A stretch of DNA of 34,231 nucleotides, taken from assembly GCA_000934665.2 (NCBI GenBank), contig JYFJ02004206.1:1-34231 (forward strand), read 5' to 3'. Under the pieces are notes generated by a model that was not told the DNA's origin, ran no database searches, and was given only the letters and a program-made list of their open reading frames with translations. Positions 23,219 through 34,231 of the stretch are shown piece after piece. Each line of letters begins with the position of its first letter. Position 1 is the first letter of the stretch. The DNA is from Catajapyx aquilonaris. Its lineage: Eukaryota. A program made the translations under genes and the position numbers.

Positions 23219-25589
23219 GTACGTAGCCTACTATATATACCTACACACGTTTACAGCATAAAGGTTGACCATCCACTTAGCTACCAAAGAATGCAACAAT
23301 CCGCATTGTTCCAAGAGACACTGTCAAGATACGGCTGACTATGTTCTTGATTGGCGGTTTAAAAAAAGGTTGGGGGAACCAGACATATAAGAGAGTTGGC
23401 ACAGGTTGGACCCTGGAGGGGGTCATCATCGGGCAGTGTAATGCGAATTGAAAAATATAATAAAAAGGGGGTCTCGACTGGAGGGGGATTTGGGCAGCAT
23501 GGCTCGATGGGAATGGCGTGCCTGCCAAAGACAAGAGTGTGATGGCCCCGGGCCTAATTTATTCCTGGCCGCGGTGGCCTGATTTCCATGCCCCAGCATT
23601 GCTTGATGGACGGAAGGACGGAAGGTGTTGGCCTATCTCGACGCTGCCATCTGACCCTCTCTACCCGCTCTTGATGCAACGCACGCAACGTAGCGTATAT
23701 AGGCTACTACTGCGGTAACTTATATGACAAAGAAAAAGGTGCAGCATGATTTGCAAGGAGCTGGCCTGATCCGAAGAAAAACGAGGCCTGTTATGTCGTG
23801 TGGTGTCCCCCACAGCACCTCCTATTATACAGTTGAAAAAAAGAAGCCATTTTTGCAAGAAACGACGACATTATTTTGTATATGGCTCCAACCCAGGATC
23901 CTCCTTTTTCCTTGACCCGACCTTAGCCCCATCCCTTTTGCCCGGATCGATCAGGCAATTAATTTCAAGTGTCGCTGCCTAGCTAACCTCTCATGACTAC
24001 TGCACATTTCACCAGCACTCTTTAGCGGGTCACAGAACACAGATAAGAAAAACGAACACCACCTTCAACCCTACATTGCATTATATAATATACGTACAGT
24101 ACTTGCTTACGCTCAATTAAGTGGAACATCACAGCACTGTTGGCCGCACACGTGCCCTCAATATGATAGCGACATATCCAGGAGAAATGAGATTTTCAAC
24201 TAATAAATTTCTACGTCAAAAAAAGAGGAAAATATGCTCTTGGCCCAGAAAAATTAATGTGCCTGCCTTACATTAAGTCGAATTACTGAAAGGTTGTATA
24301 CAGGTGTTAGAAGGGAATAATACAGTGTAAATGTCCTGTAGCCCACGAATAGAAATCGTTACAATTAATAGTAAATACGAGCAATTTTTTATATAATTTC
24401 TGGAATATTTATTTGTCTCTTTGCAATACTGGAATTCGCATGCATTAGCTTTGAGGCGTATACTCGTAACTCATCCAACATGCAAGCCATTTTAAAATAA
24501 ATTATGTTGTGTTCTTTGTAGCTACTTGTATATCTAGCTCAGCATATAAACTCCCAATTGAAGGCCTTGCCTTGGTGAAATAATCAGGTCGGCTCGCATT
24601 TGACTAAAATGAGGTACGGGGTACAAAACCCCACCAGTAAACACCAGCTGTGATTTAACCATCTTCTATTCACCTGTTCAGTATAGATGTGCTTGCAGTT
24701 TTTTCTCGACTGGATTTTTTTGTTTCCGAAACTAGCATGATAGATCGTGTCCTCTCCAATGATTCCGACATTCTCCATGAATCCGACACTGCCACGCCAA
24801 CCTGGAGAGGGTGTCACATATAGGCTACACCTGATGGCTACGACAGTGGGGAAGATGCTGCTTTTCTTATTATTATTATTTTTCGCATCGAGCCTTATTA
24901 TGAACCAGGAAGTGAAACTGCAGGTCTGCCTTGGAGCGAGAGTGTGTCGCCAGTCACAAGGAGACATGTCTCTCTGATGGTGGGGGCGTGCCTCGTCGTC
25001 CTTCTCGGGACACTCCCTTCCACATATTATTATTATTATTATTATCATTATTGCTGTCTCTTTATCTGCCGAGCTACGCCCAGCAGGCATGGCATGCCGT
25101 GTGATGCAGGATCTATCTGCACCTGATTATCTCTCAGCGACGCTGTACCGTTCTCGGACACTTAATTCCCGGAAGCCAGCCTCACAATCGCACCGCATTC
25201 CAGCAATTGATCCTTCCTCTGATGCTGCCCATTTCAATGTAGTACCTATAAGTGGAACCAAAAGTTTGTTTGGATCCTTATCTCCTTACGTATAAAGTAT
25301 ATAAGTGGAAATTTCGCGGACACGCCTCTCCTGTAGCCAAAGTGTGACATAAGGAGTTTCTTGGAGAGCCCATTATAAGTCATATGTATTCTTCATACTC
25401 TTCACAGTGTCCAGGCAGTTTAGAGGGAGGTAACTCGTGTATGTGGAAAAGTTATGGGCTGTTGACTACAGGCTTCCTCTATTTTCTGTTACTTTTAATA
25501 TTTAAATGTAGGCATGTAGCATTTTGTGCCGACAGTATAATAATGCTGTGGCTTTAATTTTCTCCCCTCCACCCCGACGATGTGCTCAG

Positions 25590-25732
25590 GACGTGGTACG
25601 TGTTCCAGGACTGCGTCCAGAACTACACCCGCAGCTGCCTGACCACCGAGCAGCGAGACGAGTTCAACCGAGGGGTGGAGGGGGCCGTCACCTCCTTCAA
25701 CAACCTATGCAACAATGAGAGGTACCAAGAAG
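25590..25732 (+). CDS. Cys-rich protein exon 3 (RTWYVFQDCVQNYTRSCLTTEQRDEFNRGVEGAVTSFNNLCNNERYQE)
   Basis: Acceptor ctcag|g, donor gaag|gtgag; phases 2/1; GC3-rich codon usage. Confidence 0.9.
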
Positions 25733-25991
25733 GTGAGCTCCCATCGTCCTTTACAGCGTTATACAGGCAGGGCCTTAATGAAAGGGGACATCCTCGGTAT
25801 GTCCAAGGAGCTCAATAAAATTTCATTAAGGGCCGGGCACGCTCGCTTGCACTCGTCGCAAGCAGCCGCTTAATTCCTGCAAGACTATTTTTAACCGCTG
25901 CATACAAAATGCATGCGGTATAATGACGTAACACACATCTCTCTATGCATATCATATTTTTATCTCATATTCTTTTGCCTTGATTGTCCAG

Positions 25992-26115
25992 ATTACTTGA
26001 TCCACGCCCCTTGTATCAAGAACGTGTCGACCGACCCTCACCACTGCGGCCTCCAGTACCAGTACCTGGTCGACCAGGTCTCCGGATCAACCACCAGCAA
26101 CAAGCAGATCTGCTG
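25992..26115 (+). CDS. Cys-rich protein exon 4 (DYLIHAPCIKNVSTDPHHCGLQYQYLVDQVSGSTTSNKQIC)
   Basis: Acceptor tgtccag|at, donor gctg|gtcagg; phases 1/2. Confidence 0.88.
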
Positions 26116-27070
26116 GTCAGGCGACAGACACATCACTGCTATTACATTTATTTGAAAAATGCGCATATGCCTGCACTGTACGGTATATGTAGAGGATGCT
26201 TATAAGTTATAACTATACCACGTCAATCATATGCCAACATACTCGTTGACCCAAAACAAGACAGTGGGAAATTATGTCGACACTCCAGCCAGTAAAGTTC
26301 AACGATAATAATAATAATAATAATAATCGTTCAGGTGCTCCCAAGACATGTCCAGGTATACCCTTGTGCCAATCTCTGCTCCTGGCAGTGCAACTTGGAC
26401 CCCAGAAAGCTACCTGCCCATGTGCAAATGTAGAACAATGTTATTTACTGGAAATATTTTTTTCACTTTGCAAATACTATTTCCGACTTTGAAATATCTT
26501 GTAGGTGATGGCTGCAGCCTGCAGGCGATAGCTGTCTAGAGTTTATGTCAAATTTGGGTATGGAACTTCATTTATGTACAGTATACTCGTGCACTGCTCT
26601 GTGCAAGTACGTGGCATGCGAGGATCGATAGCCTATACTGTATAATTATAGACTTCTTGTACTATATACCAAGAACAGTTTCGAACGGACCCACCCTGCC
26701 ACGCTTTTAGTACTCCCCCAAGGAGAAGGCGATACCGGTACATAAAAATCACTTCATTGCTGATGGTTGTTCATTTCACGCATAATAAGAAGGATTTCGG
26801 GTTTCGGAGTGCTTTTTGGCTTCTAAAGCTTACCCAAGAAATGTTCCTCGTTGAATTCATCAATGGCAGTTGAATTTCCGACATATCTCTTACCTATACG
26901 TCATTAGACCTGGTTTGGGCCAACGAGACCATAAATGGGCGGCCAGATGACTTGCTACAGGCCAAGTTAGAAACAACCATGCGGGATGCAGTGTGCACAT
27001 GACGCTTCTGTTTACTTGTAGACTTACTCTCACTCTTTGTTAAACTGTACCTGATTATTCTGCCAACTAG

Positions 27071-27223
27071 CTCTCACCACAAGTTCCGTGAGTGCGTTCT
27101 GGTTACTACTCGACGTGACTGTGACCTGAGGTCGGGTGACAACGGGCTTAAGGCATCCAAGTACGCCCGAGACGTCCTCGACAAGCCCCTCGACTTCCTC
27201 CTCAAGCTGTGCAAGAACTACAT
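27071..27223 (+). CDS. Cys-rich protein exon 5 (CSHHKFRECVLVTTRRDCDLRSGDNGLKASKYARDVLDKPLDFLLKLCKNY)
   Basis: Acceptor caactag|c, donor acat|gtgagt; phases 2/2. Confidence 0.88.
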
Positions 27224-27307
27224 GTGAGTACACCATCGGTGGGAGCCATGCCACATGCATGTGACAACCCAAGAAAAAGGAATTAAACCCCCTTTTGCTG
27301 ATTCCAG

Positions 27308-27902
27308 CCCTAGTTCTGGAGACTGCCCAGGAGCGGGACCTTCCAGCATCAACCCTGTGCCCAGCCCTGCCGACACCTTCAACAACAACAACAACAACAA
27401 CGCCCTGGGGAGCCCCTCCATCAACCACCACAACTACTACAACACTCTGGGTCCACCCGGAGGAAACAGTAACGCGGGGTCGCCCTCGTCGTCCTCCAGC
27501 ACGTCGTCGTCGTCGGGTTTTCCCAGCGACCTCTTTGGCAACTCTCAGTCGTCGCCATCCAGTGGCAGCAACAGCGGAGGTCACCAGAGGCCAAAGGACG
27601 AGAGGAGGCTGAGCGACCCACCCTTGTACAGCAGCTTCAGACCCATCGACATTGTCCCCCACAACAACAACAACAACGGAGCCTCCTCCTCCCCACAGCA
27701 GCCCACTTTTGGCAACAGCAACAGCAACAACAAGGTGACTGAGGAGCCCTGGTACCCCGCAGCCGCAGGGGGCAACTCCCTGGAGACCCCTAGGCAGCAG
27801 GGCCTGGCCGGAAACTCTGGTGCGGAGGCTCTCCTCCCAGCGGGCGTCGTCGCAGTCGCCGTTGCCATCCTCACACTCCTGGTCGAGGCCCTCTACGGCT
27901 GA
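27308..27902 (+). CDS. Cys-rich protein exon 6 (Ser/Asn/Pro-rich stalk plus hydrophobic GPI-signal-like C-terminus)
   Basis: Acceptor gattccag|c, in frame with ORF 27255-27902. Ends ...AGNSGAEALLPAGVVAVAVAILTLLVEALYG*. Total CDS is 1299 nt (432 aa). AATAAA at 28354 and 28923. Confidence 0.85.
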
Positions 27903-30610
27903 TCCTTGTCGCCTGATGAGACTGCACCGTGCACACCAGCAGCTGTGCAAGATGACGACTCGCTCCAGTCTTTGTTGCTCTAACCACTGCAACAGCTGTC
28001 GTTTGGGTGGGTGTCTTGCTGCTGATCACATATCCACTCATGTCTGACTGACCATCACACTGCTGATGCGCTGATGGGGGAACATACTCTCTAATACGAA
28101 TGTTGCAAAAATGACAGTGGCTATGCCGAGGATGGCCAATGGTGCGCTGTGCACGAATTCACCCGGTGAGACTCATTACTTCTGTACAACGCGCAGTATT
28201 ATTAACCAATGACACGTACTCTCTCTCTCCGATGGGCACGCACAAGTGGCAAGACTTTCTCGTAAGATGACAGCAGTTTTTATCGTTGTTGATGTGGCAT
28301 CATTTTACTGATGGTTATAGGAACCGGGCATGCCCAATCGTGCCTATCAATTGAATAAAACGGGAACGGGCGAGGTGCTCCTCGTCTTGTTGGAAGCTGT
28401 TGCTATACGTATGCCCCTTGCCTGACAAAACCTAACTTAGCCAGTCTAACAAGCTCTGGCAAGGACACTTGTAAATGTATAGGCTAACCCTATTGTTCCC
28501 TGAAATATTAATGGCTTACTTATAATGACCAAAGATCTCATAAAAAGTGCGGCTTTTTGACACGCCCAGTAAAACGCAGATTGTAGTGTAATTCACCAGC
28601 ACCTTCTGCCCCACCTCTGCATCCCTTTGCAACCTGTGGCTGTCACACTTGTTTGTCATAATTATATACTGGCAGTAGGCCTACTGCACTCAGATAATTA
28701 ATATCGGTCCGTAATAATGTGAGTTGCCGTTGTGGTAATAATGGTGTGCTTAGGGCCAGGATGGAGGTAGGCCCTATACTGTACGAGCTGGGCATTTCCA
28801 TGATATCCGTCCGTTCGTAACACAAGTTTTGCCTACGTGCACAAGTGTATTTTATTATAACAATGCCAGGATGCATGCACTGCATGATTAATCCATTTCA
28901 TGCAATGTGTGTGAATTGTTACAATAAAATACGCTAGTGCATGTCGGCAAAACCTGCGTTACGAACGGACAGTATGTCTGTGTTTGCGTGGAAATGCCCA
29001 GCTACGTCTGGTAATAACATGAGGTGAGCTTGGGTCCAGGACAAGATGGTCCAGGAGAATGCAGCCCTCTCTACTATGCCTCTGTGTGATTAATATCCGA
29101 TCAGCACTCCAGCCCGCCTCTGTTAATATTGTCACTGGCTATGACAGCTCTGACCGATATGCTGGTGACCAAACCAACAATGCCATCGGGTTATTAGGTG
29201 AAATAGGCCCCTTACCAAAATTATTTCACTGTATATACGTACATGTAGCCTTCCCTCCGCCCCCTAATTAGTACTCTAGTCACATGGTTAGTCGTTGTTT
29301 TATGTCCACCGAAATGTCGTATGGGACCAAGTTAGTGCCGCCCAATAACAATATTTAGTTTAATTTCAACACTGAATCCACGAATTGCGGTATGATGAAA
29401 TCGTCAGCTTCCATGTCTCACAAGAAATTAAAGCTAAACAACTGTGTAAATCACACCCCAGTCGAGCCCATTTGACCACGATTTAAGTTTTATAAAAGAC
29501 ACAAGGAGTTGCCTTATTTTCTACTCGGATTTGTATACATGAAACATATACAGCAACACACAATGATAAAGTGCTGACAATGCATAGAGTCATGCAGTAG
29601 GTACAGGCAAGAGCTTGGTTGGTATAGGCTAGAGGCTATTATGTCACCAAAAGACAATCCATTTTTCAGCGTGTAATATAACTCCATACACCATGCTGTC
29701 GTATACCTGCGCAGATGTTGAGTATAATGTGCAACCCTGTACGCGTAGAAAGTGATGGCCCCTGACATCAGCACTCCCACTATTAGCCCGCTATTAGCCT
29801 CCCTACAGTGCTATTAGAGCTGGGAATGGAGGTTAAGCTGCTGTATTGCAGGGAATAAGTTTTGGATAATAGCAAGATAATAGTGATAACCACCACTACC
29901 AGGTATTAATTACTGCGAGTTGCATTTTTATAGACCAGTAAAGTTGTTGTGGTAAGAAAAACCGTGTGTTGAGTTTACTGTTTTGCCATATCCCTGATCA
30001 TCGTGTGCCTCTGACACTGTCACTTACATATCTTATGTTACCATGTCATTTACATAATATACACTACTGTATTTAATCGTAAGACACAGAGAGGGATTGA
30101 GCCTTTGCTATCAACCCGCGTCGTCTAGACTTCGTTGACAAGAGCCGGCCTTGGGGGGGGGGGGGNNNNNNNAACAGAGGCAGGCCCATGCCCCAGGCCC
30201 CGCGCTGGGGAAGACCACGCACATTGTCATTTTTTTTAATTGGCCCACTATATAAAATAAAATGAAAATTCATTCTTGCATCATACAGTATGTAAGATTC
30301 TTGTAAACGAACACATACCGGAATGTTCGTTTTTCATTGCGAAGAAGACATAAGAGGCGCCTTCTTCCAAAACCCGATAAATCCAAGATAAATGGTTCCG
30401 AGATAATTGAGAAAAAGCTGTGGTGCCGAAGCTAATAATTAATATTACTAGACCGGCCCAAGTCCATCTGCTACATATGTGGATGCTGCATATGATGAGC
30501 TTTTACAAGAAAATGATCAACATCGTCAAGTCGTAGTTTCAGGAATAGTCGTTGTGGATATATCGATTTTTGCTGCAAAGAGAGTGGATTTGGCGGTTTT
30601 TGCAACATTG

Positions 30611-31253
30611 AGGATGAGGCACAAAATATATGGGCGAGTGGCCTTCCGTTCGATTTGCCTGAAAATCGGATATGTTGTAGCCCAGACCATCCTGATCAAT
30701 GTTAGATAGGGACATTTCGAGGTAGGACCTACAGGGAGCGTGCTATTGACCTCCGAAGGTCATATGGGATATGATCTAGTTTTCCGTTCGATTTGGCTGA
30801 AAATGGGATATGTTGCAGCCCAGACCATCCTGATCAATGTTGGATAGGGACATTTCGAAGTAGGACCTCCAGGGAGCATGCTAATTGCTATTCATCGAAG
30901 AGGCTAGAAGACTGCTGTGAGAGAAACCTCGCTTCCTTACATTGACCCAATGAATGTTGAAGTGCATCTGGAGGAAAGTCCAGATGACAACCTTCAAGGA
31001 GTAGAATTTGAACCAGATTAATAGGTAATAAAGATAAATAGATAATTTAATGCAATAACCATTGAGTTCCGGAGTCTTATTGTAGTCTACTACTCCCCCT
31101 ATTACCTCCGGAGGTCATGAGCATGCTCCCTGTAGGTCCTACCTCGAAATGTCCCTATCCAACATTGATCAGGATGGTCTGGGCCACAACATATCCCATT
31201 TTCAGGCAAATCGAACGGAAGGCCACTCGCCCATATATTTTGTGCCTCATCCT
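30611..31253. repeat. ~150-bp repeat unit in three copies (two direct, one inverted); possibly Helentron/HINE-like
   Basis: Copy A 30611-30760, partial direct copy B 30782-30883, inverted copy C 31104-31253. The repeat itself is certain; the family label is a guess. Confidence 0.85.
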
Positions 31254-31457
31254 TTGAAAACCCAGTGGTGACTCCATTACAGGAACATCAGCTTCAGGGT
31301 CGTGGCTGAAAGTGGTGTGAAGCGGAGTCGGAGTGATTATGATAATCATTGTGAATATTTCAGTCACGTATCATAACAGCATTTTTACCAGCATCACTGG
31401 TATTTTTATGTATAGAGTCTTCATTTACCTGGGTACCGCCGCGGGTTCGTCCGGCAC

Positions 31458-31564
31458 GTACTATATCGCTCAAAAACATAGAGACGATTTTGCATTTGAC
31501 TCAAATGCAGCCTGCACTTGAATCAAATGCAAAATCGTCTCTATGTTTTTGAGCGATATAGTAC
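31458..31564. repeat. 107-bp near-perfect palindrome, possibly a minimal TA-inserting MITE
   Basis: 53-bp arms (2 mismatches) around a 1-nt centre; ta|ctatatcg...cgatatag|ta. Confidence 0.9.
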
Positions 31565-32048
31565 ATCTTGGAGCAGGAACCTATGTAGTCTGACTGCCAG
31601 ACGACTGCCTTGACAAAGAACGCGTACGGGAGGAAGCACGACTCACTGTGGTGCCATGTGTAGCTTAGAGATGGATTTGTCTGAGTACGAAAGATATCCC
31701 AGGCCAACTAGAGCTGTTCACGCTGGATTTGTCGGGTTATGGATGATTCGGTGGATTTGTCGGTTTTAGAAACATAGAATATGAACTTCCTGCCTGCATT
31801 TGTCGGGTTTTGCATGATAGGCCACTTTTCTTCGGGACATTACAGCCGCATTTGTCGATGTTTGCTGAATATTTTGTCGTTACGTGATGAAACACATCTT
31901 GAAGAACATATTTGGAAATTGGATTTGTCGGGTTTTGGAAGAAGGTGCCTACTGAAGTCTACTGGTAATTATACACACACATCTGGTAAAGGGTACTCCC
32001 GAAACTACGCTATCTGTTAACAACATATTAGTCCGGCACACCCCTTCC

Positions 32049-33243
32049 GTGCACCCCATCCCTGCAAAAGGACCATTCAAAGGCACCTTTCTGGACTATT
32101 ACAACACCATCTTCAAGCCATACATTCATACGTTATTGCAGAAGGTAACACGAATCGATGTGGTGTTCGATAGATACAGCCCTGCATCCTTGAAGGAGGA
32201 TACCCGCCAATCAAGAGGAACAGGAGTTCAGATCCGAGTGACACCATCTACAACAATCCCGAGGAATTTCAACGAGTTCCTAAGAGTAGATGAGAACAAA
32301 AAGCAGCTTTTTCACTTCTTGGCAACACAGCTTACAGGTGAACACCGCGAAGGAAAGACGATTGTGTGCACACTTGAAGACAAAGTGATTTCATCTGAAG
32401 CAGAGTTTGATGTGACCGGTATTTCACCCTCATGGCATGAAGAAGCAGATGGTCGCCTTCTCCTCCACGTAAATCATGCAGCAGATACCGGCCATGACTT
32501 CATCAGCATACGAACTGTGGATTCAGATGTCGTTGTCGTGGCTGTATCCGTCTTTTCAGAAATAGGAAACATTCAAGAACTTTGGATTGATTTTGGTAGC
32601 GGCAAGCACAGAAGATTGATTGCGGTTCATGACCTGTGTTCTCAACTGTCACCTGAGATGTGCAGGAATCTGATAATCTTTCATTCATTCACAGGATGCG
32701 ATACAATCTCTGCATTTAGTGGTATAGGTAAAAAAGGAGCTTGGAGAGTGTGGATGGCCTTTCCAAGAATCAACAGTTCCTTTCAGTTGTTGTTGGCAGA
32801 CACGAATCCTGCTGATGAATCTGTCATGATTGCAATTCAAAGGTTTGTCGTCCTTCTCTATGACATGACATCATCTCTAACCAGTGTCAATGTCTGTAGA
32901 CGTGTTCTTTTCACGAAAAGAAATAGATCCATAGAGAACATACCCCCAACTGAAGATGCCTTACGACAGCATGTCAAGCGTGCAAACTAGACAGGCTCTA
33001 ATCTGGAAGCATAGTTTAGATACAGACTACGAACCTCCCCCACCATATACTTGGGGATGGGAAAAATTGGGTGAGAGTTATTGGCCACTGTGGACTACAA
33101 TTCCAGATGTCGCGAAATGCTGTGCAGAACTAATCGCATGTAGCTGTAAGAGATAGTGCTCCTTGTGCAAATTTGTCAGAAATGGATTAAAGTGTACCTT
33201 GTTGTGCGCATGTGAGGGCCATTGTTCACAAGATAATATTTAG
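32049..33243 (+). pseudogene. Degenerate FEN1/XPG-like (PIN) nuclease + tesmin/TSO1-like CXC domain ORF, probably transposon-derived; 5'-truncated
   Basis: Motifs IDVVFD, SLKxxTRxxR, HEEADGR, TVDSDV and FTGCDTISAFSGIGKKGAW (H3TH). Stop/frameshift at ~32988-32991, then QALIW...WGW...WxPxW...LIACSCKR*CSLCKFVRNGLKCTLLCACEGHC, with an in-frame stop at 33154-33156 and final TAG at 33241-33243. No introns. Confidence 0.8.
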
Positions 33244-33882
33244 AAAGTATTTTATTACATTACCTCTTGGATGAAGTGTGAGGATTAGTTTCGTAAGCTA
33301 CGCAATGTATTTTGAAGAAACAACGTTAATTCGCAACGTATCCATCTGTCCGTAAGCATTCCATGTTTTGTATAAATTATGTGTACAATTAATTGTCAGT
33401 TACCTTTTTAATAAGGTTTATTATTACTTCCTGGATTGTGTGGCACTATTTTTGATGTCACCACTGACTTCTGCAACCTCAACAACATGCGATTTCATAC
33501 CAAACACAACCATATAGGTGAAACGTTTATTTCCCAACTTTGGGTGGCCCTATTTAATGTTATATTATCACAAAAACTAATTCCATACGGAATTGTAAAA
33601 AAAAAAGGAAAGTAAGATCCAAGTAACGGATAGAAATTACTGAAACAAAATTGGGCTGCGTAAGATCTTCGACCTTATGGATAAATGTAACCCAGAGATC
33701 TTATTTCCGCATTTTACACAATAATTAGATTTCTATCATGGTGATGATCAAAGCGTCTTTGTTCATCAGCCATCCTAATGCTAATAAGCCAATCTGTGGA
33801 CCATTAAACATTCAAGCTACTCAGTTAATCGATGAACAAATTAATTAATTCAAGGATTATATTTATCCTTTATCCTTATTAA

Positions 33883-34231
33883 ATATATTATATTATATTA
33901 CATATTACATATTATATTATATTGTATTGTATAATATTATATTGTATTATATATTATATTATGTTATATATTATATTACATATTATGTTATATATTATAT
34001 TACATATTATGTTATATATTATATTACATATTATATCATATTATATCATATTGTTATATATTATATTACATATTATATCATATTACATATTATATCATAT
34101 TATATTGTTATATCATATTATATTATATTATATTATATTATATTACATATTATATTATATTACATATTATATTATATATTATATTATATTACATATTATA
34201 TATTATATTATATTATATTACATATTATATT
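33883..34231. repeat. (ATATT)n / AT-rich simple satellite
   Basis: Degenerate 5-mer tandem array running to the window end. Confidence 0.95.

Noticed and set aside
25773..25831. 11-bp inverted repeat ccttaatgaaa/tttcattaagg in intron 3
   Set aside because: Too short to distinguish from a decayed MITE fragment or chance.
27030..27992. 320-aa minus-strand ORF
   Set aside because: Shadow of GC-rich exons 5-6; poly-Val comes from antisense (AAC)n.
30153..30172. poly-G followed by Ns
   Set aside because: Assembly/sequencing ambiguity at a homopolymer; not interpretable.

Overview
Eukaryotic (animal, probably arthropod) genomic DNA with two spliced + strand genes and many non-autonomous transposon insertions. 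(1) A 5'-incomplete KNL1/Spc105 kinetochore scaffold gene: a 3.6-kb exon with a 72-bp-period MELT-like (M[DE][MVL]T) repeat array, then three small exons encoding a C-terminal RWD-type region. One intron is GC-AG, and there is apparently no long coiled coil before the RWD. (2) A six-exon, 432-aa secreted, probably GPI-anchored Cys-rich protein (15151-27902) built from an internally duplicated two-exon module. The 3' end holds a decayed, intronless FEN1/XPG-like (PIN) nuclease fused to a tesmin-like CXC domain, probably from a poorly classified DNA transposon. It lies next to a large inverted repeat, a 107-bp palindrome and an (ATATT)n satellite. Introns and intergenic DNA carry Tc1/mariner/Tigger-type MITEs, a PIF/Harbinger MITE and two tRNA-derived SINEs. 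All gene models were built by hand from splice signals and codon phase. Family assignments come from recalled motifs, not database searches.
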